A stretch of DNA of 62,107 nucleotides, counting the filler. It is 9 parts of 9 records of this genome, joined end to end, with 100 filler letters (N's around TTAATTAATTAA, not from the genome) between each part and the next. Parts side by side here need not be neighbours in the genome. Positions count along the whole stretch, not along the records: positions 41,749 to 48,941 come from SRR31156797_38059; positions 49,042 to 54,803 come from SRR31156797_38071; positions 54,904 to 62,107 come from SRR31156797_38115; 6 more parts are not named here. One strand, 5' to 3'. This document shows, one piece after another, positions 46,773 to 57,660 of the stretch. A program made the position numbers and the translations under genes. Numbering within the stretch: position 1 is the first letter of the stretch; every line of letters begins with the position of its first letter. Under the pieces are notes generated by a model. That model made no database searches, had not been told where the DNA came from, and was given only the letters and a program-made list of their open reading frames with translations.

Positions 46773-48941
46773 ATGTCAGATAATAAAGGTAACTTTTTTG
46801 TACACCGCCCTATTGTAGCTATGGTTATTGCCATAGTTATTGTAATTGTAGGCTTTGTAATGCTCAGTGGGCTACCTATTGAGCAATACCCTAATTTAAC
46901 ACCCCCCATTGTTCAGGTTCGAGGTACCTATACCGGGGCTAATGCCTTAACCGTAGAGGAATCCATGGCAACTCCGTTAGAACAACAGGTTAATGGTGTT
47001 GATAATATGATCTACATGAAGTCAACCAACGCTAACGATGGATCCATGAATATCCAGATTTCGTTTGATGTTGGTACCGACCCGGACATGAATACAGTAC
47101 TGGCTCAAAACAGGGTTTCAGCAGCTACTGCTAAATTACCTGAGTCGGTAAAAAGATTTGGAGTAGCAACCGAAAAATCATTGCCCAATGTTCTAATGCT
47201 GATTACACTTACTGCAGACGGTCGTTATGACCAGGATTTTCTGGGTAACTATGGCTTAATTAATATCAAAGACCAATTGGCCCGAATTAAAGGAATTGGA
47301 CGGGTAAATGTGATTGGTGCTTCTGATTATTCGATGCGGATTTGGGTAAAACCAGACCGGTTAGCTGCCATGGAACTAACAATTCCTGAAATTTTAAATG
47401 CAATCAATCAACAAAACACCATAGTTCCGGGGGGTAAGTTTGGTGCCGAACCATCACCTGCCGGAACCGAGTTCACTTATACCGTTCGTATGCCTGAGCG
47501 CTTTAACTCTCCCGAAGAATTTGGAGAAATTGTGGTGCGTACCCAATCTGATGGTTCTCAGGTAAAACTAAAAAATGTGGCCAACATTAGTCTTGGAGTT
47601 GAGACTTATAGTGCTTTCACTCGCCTGAATGGTGAAGCCTGTTCAATTATCGCTTTGTATCAGGCTCCCGGATCAAATGCAACAGAGCTTGCTGCCCAGA
47701 TAAAAGAAGAAATAGAACGTTTATCGGGTTCTTTTCCCGAAGGAATCAAATACGATATTTCCCTCGATTCAACAGCTGCTATTACTGCAGGTATTAACGA
47801 CATTGTGGAAACACTGATAATTGCACTGTTACTGGTAATACTGGTTGTTTTTATTTTTATTCAAGACTGGCGTGCGACATTGATTCCAACCATTGCGATC
47901 CCGGTTTCTTTGGTTGGTGCATTTATTTTCTTCCCTTTTCTTGGCTTTACCATCAACGTTTTATCGCTTTTAGGATTGGTATTGGCCATTGGTATTGTAG
48001 TAGATGATGCCATTGTTGTTGTGGAAGCCGTTCAAGTGAATATTTCAAAAGGTATGACCGCCAAAGAAGCCACCATAGATGCAATGAAAAAAGTAACTGC
48101 ACCAGTAATTGCAACAACACTTGTTTTAGTTGCTGTATTTATTCCGGTAGCAGGAATGGCAGGAATAACAGGACGTTTATACCAGCAATTTGCAATTACA
48201 ATCGTAGTTTCAGTAATTGTATCTTCAGTAAACGCATTAACCTTAAGTCCTGCCCTGTCGTCGTTGTTATTAAAAGAACCTAAACCTTACAAAGGACCTT
48301 TGGGTTGGTTCTTCGGAAAGTTTAATAAGTGGATGGGCAAATCAACTGAAGGCTATATGAAGTTGACCAGCATCTTTGCACGTAAAATTAAACGCGGAGT
48401 AGTATTTATAATTGTTATTACCGTGGGCATGGGACTATTTGGAAAAATTGTTCCCGGAGGTTTTATTCCTGCAGAAGATATGGGATATTTCTTTGTAAAT
48501 ATGCAATTACCAGATGCATCATCCTTGCAGCGCTCTGATGTGGTGGCAAAACAAATTGAAAACATCCTGGCTGATTATCCTGAAATTGAATACGTAACCA
48601 ATGCAACCGGTTTTAGTTTGTTGTCGGGAGCTATGGCGACCAATACCGGTTTTATGTTTGTTGCTTTAAAAGACTGGGACGAAAGGGATAAAACAGCAGA
48701 TGAACTTATTCAGGAAGTTAACAAACGCTTATTTGTACAGATAAATGGTGCACAGGCTTTTGCTTTTGGGCCACCTGCCATTCCAGGTTTGGGTAATGGC
48801 TCCGGATATAGTATCATGCTACAGGACAGAGGCGGAAATTCACCGGATTACCTTGCTGAATATGCCGGCAAATTTATCCAGGCTGCCAATGCACGTGAAG
48901 AAATAGGTAATGCGTTTACCACCTTCCAGGCCAATGTACCA
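46773..48941 (+). CDS. RND efflux permease, HAE1/AcrB family (3'-truncated)
   Basis: FFVHRPIVA, LPIEQYP, YSMRIW, GIVVDDAIVVVE and LTLSPAL. Confidence 0.94.
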
Positions 48942-49041
48942 NNNNNNNNNNNNNNNNNNNNNNNNNNNNNNNNNNNNNNNNNNNNTTAATTAATTAANNN
49001 NNNNNNNNNNNNNNNNNNNNNNNNNNNNNNNNNNNNNNNNN
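48942..49041. other. Artificial contig linker
   Basis: 44 N + TTAATTAATTAA + 44 N. Confidence 0.99.
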
Positions 49042-50362
49042 CAAATCCATAATCAAAACACATGGGGCCCAGAATATCCTGAACATAAGACTTGTATCGA
49101 AAATCAATTCCATTATTAGCCATGATATCGGCTCCTGCACGTGAAGCTTCCAGTAAAAATGCATTACCGTAATCGAAGAAATAGGTTCCCTGCATGGTGT
49201 GTTTGTTGATAGCTGCAACATGACGTCTGAGTGATTGTTGCACCTTTTCTTTAAATAACTCAGGTTCTTCACGAATCAAGCGGTTTGATTCTTCAAAACT
49301 AACATCAACGGGGTAATAACCCCCGGTCCATGGAATGTGCAACGATGTTTGGTCGGAACCCACATGAACAAAAATATCTTCTTTGTGAAAATGTTCCCAC
49401 ACATCAACCACATTTCCTATAAAGGCAATAGAAACTACTTCTTTGTTTTTTTGTGCCTTTTTAACGCTGGAAATAAGTTCATCCATTGAGTCAATAAGAA
49501 CATCCACCCAACCTTGGTCGTATCTTTTTTTTGCGGCGTTTGGATTAACCTCTGCACATACAGATATACACCCGGCAATGTTTCCGGCCTTGGGCTGAGC
49601 ACCGCTCATCCCACCTAATCCGGCAGTTAAAAATATTTTACCAGCTGTTTTCTCGTCTTTTTGCAGAATTTTTCTGAAAGCGTTCATTACCGTAATGGTG
49701 GTTCCGTGTACAATGCCTTGAGGGCCAATGTACATAAACGAACCGGCAGTCATTTGTCCATATTGAGAAACACCAAGGGCATTAAATCTCTCCCAGTCAT
49801 CAGGTTTCGAATAATTCGGAATTACCATGCCATTGGTAACCACCACTCGGGGAGCCGACTTTGAAGATGGAAACAGTCCCATTGGGTGGCCCGAATATAA
49901 ATGCAAAGTTTGCTCATCTGACATGATGGCGAGGTATTGCATCGTAAGTAAATACTGGGCCCAGTTTTGAAAGACAGCGCCATTTCCTCCATAAGTAATC
50001 AGCTCTTCAGGGTGCTGTGCTACTGCCGGATCCAGGTTGTTCTGAATCATTAGCATAATGGCTGCTGCTTTCTTGCTTATTGCAGGATATTTTTCAATCG
50101 GACGGGCAAATATCTCATATTCCGGTTTAAACCGGTACATGTAAATACGGCCATATTCTTTTAACTCATGAGCAAATTCCTGGGCCAATTCTGCGTGCCA
50201 ATCTTCAGGGAAATAACGCAAAGCATTTCGAATGGCTAGTTGTTTTTCGTCAATACTTAAAATGTCTTTTCGTTTTGGAGCATGATTGGCCCGTTGATTA
50301 TATGCCTTTTTTATAGGTAGTTCAGATGGAATACCTTGCAATATTTGTTCCTGGAATGTCAT
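49042..50362 (-). CDS. hutU: Urocanate hydratase, long type (3'-truncated)
   Basis: NNLDPAVAQHP, YGQMTAGSFMYIGPQGIVHGT, GLGGMSGAQP, SDQTSLH and FDYGN. Confidence 0.95.
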
Positions 50363-50399
50363 TGTTTTAGCCTTTTGGATTTTCAGATGAATAGTTTTG

Positions 50400-51890
50400 T
50401 TAACGTACGATAAATGCTCTGTTTTTTACAAGCTCTACCATATTGCTTATGTCTTCTTTTATCAGGCGGTCATCCTCCAGTTTTTCTACCTTTTCTCGAA
50501 TAATAGCAAAGTTTTGCTCAATTACCGGCGAAAATTTATTTGGACGGCGGAATTCCATTGCCTGAGCAGCGTACATTAGCTCAATGGCAAATATCTTTTC
50601 GAGGTTGCTCAGTATCTGGTTGAATTTTCTGCCAGAAATACTACCCATTGAAACATGGTCTTCCTGTCCCAAAGAAGTGGGAACACTATCAGCAGAAGGA
50701 GGAAAACACAACGATTTGTTTTCAGTTACCAAAGCTGCAGTAGTATACTGTGGAATCATAAAACCAGAATTCAATCCTCCGTGAGCAGTTAGTAACCGAG
50801 GTAGCCCATATTTGCCTTCCAGCATTAAATAACATCTTCTGTCTGAAATATTTCCCATTTCAGCAGCAGCTATAGAGCCATAGTCAAGGGCCATTGCCAA
50901 AGGTTGTCCGTGGAAATTCCCACCGGAAATAGCTAACTCATCGGTTAAAACAATTGGATTATCCGTAACCGAGTTCATTTCAATCTCGGCCATCTCATTT
51001 AAATGAATCCAGGCATTCCGGCTTGCTCCGTGTACCTGAGGCATACAACGAATGGAGTAGGGGTCCTGTATACGTTGGCAATGTTCATGTACTTTTATGT
51101 TTTCTGAATCGGTTAAAAGAAAACGGATACGTTCGGCAACCCTTAAGTTGCCTTTAAACGGGCGTATGGTATGTATCTCTTCCCGGAAAGGTGAGGCACT
51201 TCCCATAAAGCCTTCAAGACTCATGGTTCCTGCTACGTCGGCCAAATCAAGCAAATATTCCATCCGGTATAAACCCAAAATGGTGTGGGCCAGAATAAAT
51301 TGGGTTCCGTTTATCAGACCTAGACCTTCCTTGGCCTTTAGTTTTAAAGGCTTAAGATTTACCTTCTTGTAGTAATCTTTTGTTGAAACAATTTTGTTGT
51401 CGATCCACAGTTCTCCTTCTCCTAAAAGGGGTAAAAACAAGTGAGACAAAGGTGCCAGGTCTCCGGATGCTCCAACCGAACCTTGTTCAGGAACTACAGG
51501 CAATACATCGCTGTTAATAAAATGCAGAATACGTTCAATTACTTCCAAACGCACTCCTGAAAAGCCTTGGCTTAATGCGTGTACTTTGCAAATTAACATT
51601 AACTTTGAGAGCTCATTATCAATGGGTTTTCCAACACCAACTGCATGAGTAATCAGCAAATTCTCCTGTAGTTTACAGGTTTCTTCCGGTGTTATCTGGG
51701 TGTCGCACAAGGGACCAAATCCTGTGTTTATACCATAAACCGGTTCGCTGCCCTTAGCCATTATTTCTACTTTTTGTCGACAACAGTTGATCTTCTCAAT
51801 AGCTTCATCAACAAGCGTAGCATACAATTCGTTTTTGGCTATGGCCATAGCCTTGTTAACTGTTAAATGGTCTATCCCGTATTTAAACAT
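50400..51890 (-). CDS. hutH: Histidine ammonia-lyase
   Basis: VYGINTGFG, MIO-forming GASGDLAPL, INGTQ, QDPYSIRC, GGNFH and QEDHVSMG. Confidence 0.96.
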   Translation of the reverse strand: MFKYGIDHLTVNKAMAIAKNELYATLVDEAIEKINCCRQKVEIMAKGSEPVYGINTGFGPLCDTQITPEETCKLQENLLITHAVGVGKPIDNELSKLMLICKVHALSQGFSGVRLEVIERILHFINSDVLPVVPEQGSVGASGDLAPLSHLFLPLLGEGELWIDNKIVSTKDYYKKVNLKPLKLKAKEGLGLINGTQFILAHTILGLYRMEYLLDLADVAGTMSLEGFMGSASPFREEIHTIRPFKGNLRVAERIRFLLTDSENIKVHEHCQRIQDPYSIRCMPQVHGASRNAWIHLNEMAEIEMNSVTDNPIVLTDELAISGGNFHGQPLAMALDYGSIAAAEMGNISDRRCYLMLEGKYGLPRLLTAHGGLNSGFMIPQYTTAALVTENKSLCFPPSADSVPTSLGQEDHVSMGSISGRKFNQILSNLEKIFAIELMYAAQAMEFRRPNKFSPVIEQNFAIIREKVEKLEDDRLIKEDISNMVELVKNRAFIVR

Positions 51891-51922
51891 GACTTTTTTT
51901 ATGCGCATTACTCATATATATG

Positions 51923-51990
51923 CAAAGTTACGAGTTGTTTTGATGCGGAATAAGACCATTTATTTGTATATTTGATAACCGTGAGTAATC
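51923..51990. promoter_or_regulatory. Divergent hutH / lysR control region
   Basis: TAACTTTG on the minus strand (51923-51930) and TATATTTG on the plus strand (51967-51974) are -7 elements. LysR-type box GATAAC-N5-GTAATC at 51974-51990. Confidence 0.55.
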
Positions 51991-52865
51991 AAATAGGGTT
52001 TCGTCATTACAAATATTTCCTGGCTGTTGCAGAAGATTTACATTTTCGAAAAGCTGCCGAACGTCTATTTATTTCCCAACCCGGTCTTAGCAGGCAGATC
52101 AAACAAATGGAAGAAGAATTAGGGATAAAACTGTTCAGGCGACACAATAGGAAGGTTGAATTAACTGAAGCAGGAGAATACCTTAAACAGGAGCTGAAAA
52201 ATAATTTTAGACGACTTGACGATGTAGTTGCTCATGCCAGGTTATTGAACGATGGTGTGAACGGGCATCTGAACCTGGGATTTGTCGGTTCTGCAATGCA
52301 AAATATTATTCCGGATTTGCTTGTAGAGTTCCGGGATTCGCATCCAAAAGTTTTGTTTAGCCTGAATGAAATGGATAACAAGCAACAGTTAAAAGCTTTG
52401 CTCAACCATGAGATTGATGTCGGTTTTGTACGGCTTGAAAGGGTGCCACGTGGAATGCAGATTAGAGCCTTGCATGAAGATACTTTTTCTCTGGTGTTAC
52501 CAAAAAATCACCTGTTAAATGCATCGAATTTTAAAAACCTGGCTCAGCTAAAAGACGAACCTTTTATTCTTTTCGATTCTTCTTATAGCGAATCATATTA
52601 CGAAAAAGTAATGCAAATTTTCGATGATAGTGGATTTGCACCCATTGTTTCACATTCAACCGTTAATGCCAGTTCTATTTATCGTTTAGTAGAAAATCAT
52701 TTGGGTGTTTCTATTGTGCCAACATCTTTAAAGTATGGTTTTGATTTGGATATTAAGTTTATTGAACTTAAAAATATTCCGCAACGCACTACATTACGAA
52801 TGATTTGGAACTCGGAGAATACCAATCCGATTTTAGAGCATTTTATCCAAACATCCTTTTCGTAA
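51981..52865 (+). CDS. LysR-family transcriptional regulator
   Basis: YFLAVAEDLHFRKAAERLFISQPGLSRQIKQMEEELG HTH; divergent from hutH. Confidence 0.93.
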   Translation: MSNQIGFRHYKYFLAVAEDLHFRKAAERLFISQPGLSRQIKQMEEELGIKLFRRHNRKVELTEAGEYLKQELKNNFRRLDDVVAHARLLNDGVNGHLNLGFVGSAMQNIIPDLLVEFRDSHPKVLFSLNEMDNKQQLKALLNHEIDVGFVRLERVPRGMQIRALHEDTFSLVLPKNHLLNASNFKNLAQLKDEPFILFDSSYSESYYEKVMQIFDDSGFAPIVSHSTVNASSIYRLVENHLGVSIVPTSLKYGFDLDIKFIELKNIPQRTTLRMIWNSENTNPILEHFIQTSFS

Positions 52866-52898
52866 GGAAAACGTAATCTCTTGTTTTTTGTTGGTTGA

Positions 52899-54803
52899 TT
52901 AATTACTCCCGACTACTTCCTTTATTTCTGCAGGATCGATAAGATTTGGGATTGGATCGCTAAAATCAACTTCAATTCTTAACGCCCGTAAACCTGATGC
53001 TCCCTTTAAATCCTCCAGCTCCAACTCTTCAATATTGGATTTTATAAATCCCTGTGCAATCATGTAATCGAGGTATTTTTTGTATTCCCTTATTTCATTA
53101 GCATGAGAATAAATAATAGCTATTTTACCTACTTGAGTTACGCGTTCGTTGGTGCCGTTAATCAAAGCCTTATCAATACGTTTCTTGGTGATTTCGTAAC
53201 GAATGTTGTAAGCACCTGCTACATCAAACTTTTTTTCATCTTGCCTAAAAGTAATACTTAAAGGATTTGAATGCACGAGGATTAATTGCGTAATATCAAG
53301 TTTTGTTGGAAGTTGTGGTTGCAGTTCCCTTATTTTACGTGCCACTTTTACCTTAACAAGCAGTTGCCATAAACGAATGTTTTTCAGATAGATTTCATTG
53401 TACTCCAGGTCTCTAACCAGAGATTGGCCGATGTAGGCATTGTATTCCAGTCCATCTGTGCGGTATTTTTCAAAATAATGAGGAAATACATCCTGTGCTT
53501 TAGTTTGTTCCTGATCAATTATCTCTCCAACCTTATCGTTTATAATTGTTAGGCTATTTTCAAAATCTTTACGCTTTTTGTAAAGTACATGTAACTCCGG
53601 ATCTAAGGTATCAAAATAGGCCTGAACAATTTTTTCCAATTCAGCATAGCGCAATTTTAATAACATTAACAGCGGATCAACATCTCGTTTCAAAAACTCC
53701 AGAATTACCACTTCATCACCAGCTTTTAAGCCACTCTTCACGGTTTTAATGTGTTCGCTTATTTTATACGACACATCGTCGAGCAGAGGCATGTCTTTGA
53801 TTGATTTACCTTGCTCTAGAATCTTTTTGGCGTGTTCCAGTTGTTCGGTTAAGTCGGCCTGAATTCCTTTGTTGCGTTCAATAGATGAACCTCGAATATC
53901 GGAAGCTCCATAAATTGGTACAACATCGGGAAAAACAATAGGTTCTACAGCTACGCTTTCGCTTTCGGGATTATTTTTGGCCTGGTGGGCAACAGCTTCT
54001 CGGAAACGCCATTCAACAGTGGGATGTATGGCTGTAAATTCTTCCTGTATTATGGCACTAATCCGGGTTTGCCATTCTTCTTTCGAGCGCTGAAGAGCCA
54101 GTGCAAAAGTTGGGAAAACCTCGTGTAATCTTTTTACGTGCATTATACTGATCGATTCCGGTTTTTTACACGCAAATTCCAGCATGCCAACAGGAGTTTC
54201 ATCAATCAGTAAAGGAACAATTGCGTGGCTGCGAATGCCTTTTTCGAGAAATGCTTTGGCCACATGGTCTTCTTTAATTTGCTGTATGTCGGTGTTCTGG
54301 ATAATCCTGTTTTCCATAAAAGCCTTTTCATAAAAAGTTCCCCTGTATTCGGTACACTTTAACTTTGTACGTGGAATTATGGTTCTCCAAACCAGTTCTT
54401 CATTTAACGAAGCATCCATGTCGGGTGTAACAGCCATGCCAAATTCAAGATCGGGATTTTCAAAAAGAGCACGCATACGTTTTGTAATCTTTTCGAAACC
54501 TGCGTCTGTTACCACCGTGTTTTTATCCAGTAAATCAGACTTGAGTTGCGAAATGACATAATCCTGTGTAACATTAATGTAAGAGAAGGGGAGAAAGCCA
54601 CTGAACTCAAAATGCTCAAGAGGTATTTTTTCATTCCATAAATTAAGGTCTTCCGTATTGTCGAAAAGGGTGGTTATATCCTCTTTCGTAAGTTTTGGTC
54701 GTTTTTTTAAGACTTTTACTTTTAAATATTTGGTTGAAAAATTTTTCTTGAAATAGCAAATTGAATTATCTTTTTGATCAGTTACACGAAATGTAAATGG
54801 CAA
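52899..54803 (-). CDS. GAF-domain protein with a divergent class III cyclase-like C-terminal domain (5'-truncated)
   Basis: GAF: GIRSHAIVPL...VGMLE. Then TAIHPTVEWRF, YGASDIRGSS, FEKYRTDG, FDVAGAYN and DLKG. The cyclase assignment is my inference. Confidence 0.75.
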   Translation of the reverse strand: MPFTFRVTDQKDNSICYFKKNFSTKYLKVKVLKKRPKLTKEDITTLFDNTEDLNLWNEKIPLEHFEFSGFLPFSYINVTQDYVISQLKSDLLDKNTVVTDAGFEKITKRMRALFENPDLEFGMAVTPDMDASLNEELVWRTIIPRTKLKCTEYRGTFYEKAFMENRIIQNTDIQQIKEDHVAKAFLEKGIRSHAIVPLLIDETPVGMLEFACKKPESISIMHVKRLHEVFPTFALALQRSKEEWQTRISAIIQEEFTAIHPTVEWRFREAVAHQAKNNPESESVAVEPIVFPDVVPIYGASDIRGSSIERNKGIQADLTEQLEHAKKILEQGKSIKDMPLLDDVSYKISEHIKTVKSGLKAGDEVVILEFLKRDVDPLLMLLKLRYAELEKIVQAYFDTLDPELHVLYKKRKDFENSLTIINDKVGEIIDQEQTKAQDVFPHYFEKYRTDGLEYNAYIGQSLVRDLEYNEIYLKNIRLWQLLVKVKVARKIRELQPQLPTKLDITQLILVHSNPLSITFRQDEKKFDVAGAYNIRYEITKKRIDKALINGTNERVTQVGKIAIIYSHANEIREYKKYLDYMIAQGFIKSNIEELELEDLKGASGLRALRIEVDFSDPIPNLIDPAEIKEVVGSN

Positions 54804-54903
54804 NNNNNNNNNNNNNNNNNNNNNNNNNNNNNNNNNNNNNNNNNNNNTTAATTAATTAANNNNNNNNNNNNNNNNNNNNNNNNNNNNNNNNNNNNNNNNN
54901 NNN
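54804..54903. other. Artificial contig linker
   Basis: 44 N + TTAATTAATTAA + 44 N. Confidence 0.99.
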
Positions 54904-55267
54904 ATCTCATTTCGGTGCTCTGCTGAAAATGGCTTTTTTTAAGATATCTCTCTCCATTTCAGCATCTTTTAGTTTCTTTTCAAATTCATGAATTCTCTTT
55001 TCCGGCTCTGTTAACGATTCCTTACCACGACCAGGGAATGCCCCTTCATATTTTGAACGATGTTCTCTTCGCCAACGATAAAGAAGGTCTTTGCCAATAC
55101 CAAGATTTTCTGCACCTCTTTTACTGTGCGCCTATGGGGCATCTGTTAATTGAACTACGTTACGCTTGAAACCTGAAGCATATTTTCTTCTTTGAACACT
55201 CATGTTTCCCTCCTGCCACCCCTTTAAATATTAGCTTAACTGAGCGTCCACTTTTAAAGCAAGATCA
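54904..55267 (-). mobile_element. IS3-family insertion sequence, left end (remainder beyond the contig end)
   Basis: IRL-like TGATCTTGCTTTAAAAGTGGAC starting at 55267; RBS AGGAGG; orfA; A7G slippery site; ATGA overlap into orfB. Confidence 0.8.
54907..55203 (-). pseudogene. IS3 transposase OrfA pseudogene
   Basis: MSVQRRKYASGFKRNVVQLTDAP*...AENLGIGKDLLYRWRRE...AFPGRGK...EMERDILKKAIFSRAPK. An in-frame TAG lies within a short compensated frameshift. Confidence 0.8.
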
Positions 55268-55386
55268 TGCATTTGCTCCTTGCAAACAAGAACGACAACA
55301 TCCGCTAAACAATGTGGTGTAATACTGGGCAAGCAGGTAAAAACCGGGATAGGCATGCTCTACAAAACTACTCTTAGTTTAAAGAA

Positions 55387-55842
55387 TTAAGACGTTATAT
55401 CTATGGAAGGCGTCACGTCACTCTTTTGGAGCAATTCCAGCACCTGCTCCACCATATCCTCCTCGCTATTTTGAGCGTAGGCTGAAATAGCCTCTTCAGA
55501 TGAAACAGAAGGTGGTGGTGGCATGGCGGGTGCAAGCCCTCCCTCACCTGCAGCAGATGAAGGTGGAGTGAACCCATAGCTGTTCAACATCTTAAGTAAT
55601 TCTTCTCCGCTTAACTCACTATTTCCATCGACGTCGAAATTGTTGAGAATAGTTTCAGAATCAATTTCCGTATTTGTAGTTTCTTTAATACCTCCTAATA
55701 GGGTTTCTAACTCAGTTCCGCTCACAAGTCCGTCACCGTCAGTATCTGATAGTTGAAAAACATCCTTCTCCGGCGGTGGAGTTTGCTTTTGCGTCGCCTG
55801 CATGGTCATAGTCGACATAGCACTATTTATACTGCTGATCAT
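55387..55842 (-). CDS. EF-hand domain protein with Pro-rich linkers
   Basis: DTDGDGLVSGTEL and DVDGNSELSGEEL loops; MPPPPS; ATG at 55842 follows GGAG. Confidence 0.78.
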   Translation of the reverse strand: MISSINSAMSTMTMQATQKQTPPPEKDVFQLSDTDGDGLVSGTELETLLGGIKETTNTEIDSETILNNFDVDGNSELSGEELLKMLNSYGFTPPSSAAGEGGLAPAMPPPPSVSSEEAISAYAQNSEEDMVEQVLELLQKSDVTPSIDITS

Positions 55843-55972
55843 ATATTTTCTCCAAAACGTATTTATCCTGAAATGAGACAAAAAAACCGACTATCCCGAT
55901 TTCACTCATTGTTGCCCTTCCATCGAGATGCACATTTTTTTTATGCTCTAAAAATATTCTCAGACAAGAATG

Positions 55973-55992
55973 TGAAGAGAATAAGGAGAAAT
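55973..55992 (-). promoter_or_regulatory. BaeR-like direct repeat upstream of the EF-hand gene
   Basis: Minus strand reads TTTCTCCT-TATTC-TCTTCA, an 11-bp-period TCTCCw repeat. Confidence 0.45.
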
Positions 55993-56193
55993 GCATTTTT
56001 AGAATCTTTGCAACACCAACCTGTTTCCATAGACATAGAACACAATTTCAGACAGGTACGAATCACCGAGGCACAAAATAAAGTCATCCTATACTTTCTT
56101 TTTTATTTGGAACATTCCATATTCACTCCATATTTCTAGTGTATATTTGTTCTGGACAAGCATTTTTCGATAAAAATAACCTGCCTATTACAT

Positions 56194-57660
56194 GTGAAAC
56201 TCAAGATCCGACACAAGCTATTTTCAGCTCTGCTGTTAACTAGTCTGATGGTTGCAGCGGCACTCTTTCTGTTCCTCCAGTGGAATTTTGATCGTGGTTT
56301 TCTCAATTACGTCAAAAAACAGGAAACCAAAAAAATTGACCTTTTGGCAACACTCCTCAGTAAGGAGTATGGCACTCATGGTGACTGGCAATTCATGGTT
56401 AACAACTATGAACTTTGGATCCATCTGCACGCAATAATAGCGGAAAAACCACTCCCTTTTGACTTGCCCCAACCGGGCCGAAATAATCGTCCCGGCGGTC
56501 CACCCTTCCATGATAAACACATCCCTCCCCCTCAAGGTCATGAACGACCGCCAAAAGGTGACTCTTTCATAGGGCCTCGATTACTTCTTCTCAACGTTGA
56601 TAAACAAAAAATTATCGGTGCCCAGGGGCAGATTCAAGATAAGAAGAAAATGGCATTTCACCCGATCAGCTACCAAGCCGAAACAGTCGGCTACCTGGGA
56701 TTGGTGCCAGCGGAAGAACTTTCAGAGGCTGGTGATCTACTTTTTGTAGAGGAACAAACATTGTCTTTTGCAATGGTAACGGCTGTGATGGTTATCTTTT
56801 CTTTTCTGGTATCTTTTCTCGTTACCAGTCATCTTATACGACCGATCAACGAACTCATTGAAGGTACAAGAAAACTCATTGGAGGCTGGTTTTCAACGCG
56901 TATCCCCATAACAACGAGAGATGAGCTTGGCACCTTGTCTGAACATTTTAATAACCTCGCCAACACCTTGGAAGAAAATGAAAAAGCCCGACAGTTATGG
57001 GTGGCAGACATTTCCCATGAACTCCGCACACCGCTGGCTATTCTCCAAGGTGAAGTTGAAGCTATGCAAGATGGCATTCAAGTAACAGATTCGCAGAGTC
57101 TCGCTGCGCTGCATGGTGAAATTCTACATTTAGGACGGCTGGTGAGTGACCTCTATGAACTTTCGATGACGGATATCGGGGCACTCAATTATAAGAAAAT
57201 CAAAGTTGATACCTGTCAAATATTGCTGGAAACTGTAGACCTTTTTAAACAACGGTACGCAAAAAAAGGTATAGATCTGAAGGTGCTGCCTCAAGAACTT
57301 CCTTCTATCATCCTGATTGCCGATCCAGACCGCTTGCAGCAGCTTTTTACCAATATATTGGAAAACAGCCTGCGCTACACATCCGCACCAGGGAAAGTCG
57401 AGATACATGTTGCATGGACAGCTAAAAACATCTCTTTTCAGTGTATGGACAGTGAACCGAGTCTTTTGCCGGAACAGCTCCCCCACTTATTTGATCGGTT
57501 ATTTCGTGCAGATGCCTCCCGGAACCGTAAATCGGGCGGTGCTGGCTTGGGAATGGCTATTTGTAAAAATATTATTGAGGCTCACCAAGGATATATAAGT
57601 GCTGAAAAATCGCCCCTCGGCGGACTTCAGCTTACTATGAGATTACCTCGAACCACATGA
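56194..57660 (+). CDS. BaeS-like sensor histidine kinase
   Basis: Two TM segments, HAMP (DELGTL), H-box ADISHELRTPL, N-box NILENSLRY and G-box GGAGLGMAI. Confidence 0.9.
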   Translation: MKLKIRHKLFSALLLTSLMVAAALFLFLQWNFDRGFLNYVKKQETKKIDLLATLLSKEYGTHGDWQFMVNNYELWIHLHAIIAEKPLPFDLPQPGRNNRPGGPPFHDKHIPPPQGHERPPKGDSFIGPRLLLLNVDKQKIIGAQGQIQDKKKMAFHPISYQAETVGYLGLVPAEELSEAGDLLFVEEQTLSFAMVTAVMVIFSFLVSFLVTSHLIRPINELIEGTRKLIGGWFSTRIPITTRDELGTLSEHFNNLANTLEENEKARQLWVADISHELRTPLAILQGEVEAMQDGIQVTDSQSLAALHGEILHLGRLVSDLYELSMTDIGALNYKKIKVDTCQILLETVDLFKQRYAKKGIDLKVLPQELPSIILIADPDRLQQLFTNILENSLRYTSAPGKVEIHVAWTAKNISFQCMDSEPSLLPEQLPHLFDRLFRADASRNRKSGGAGLGMAICKNIIEAHQGYISAEKSPLGGLQLTMRLPRTT

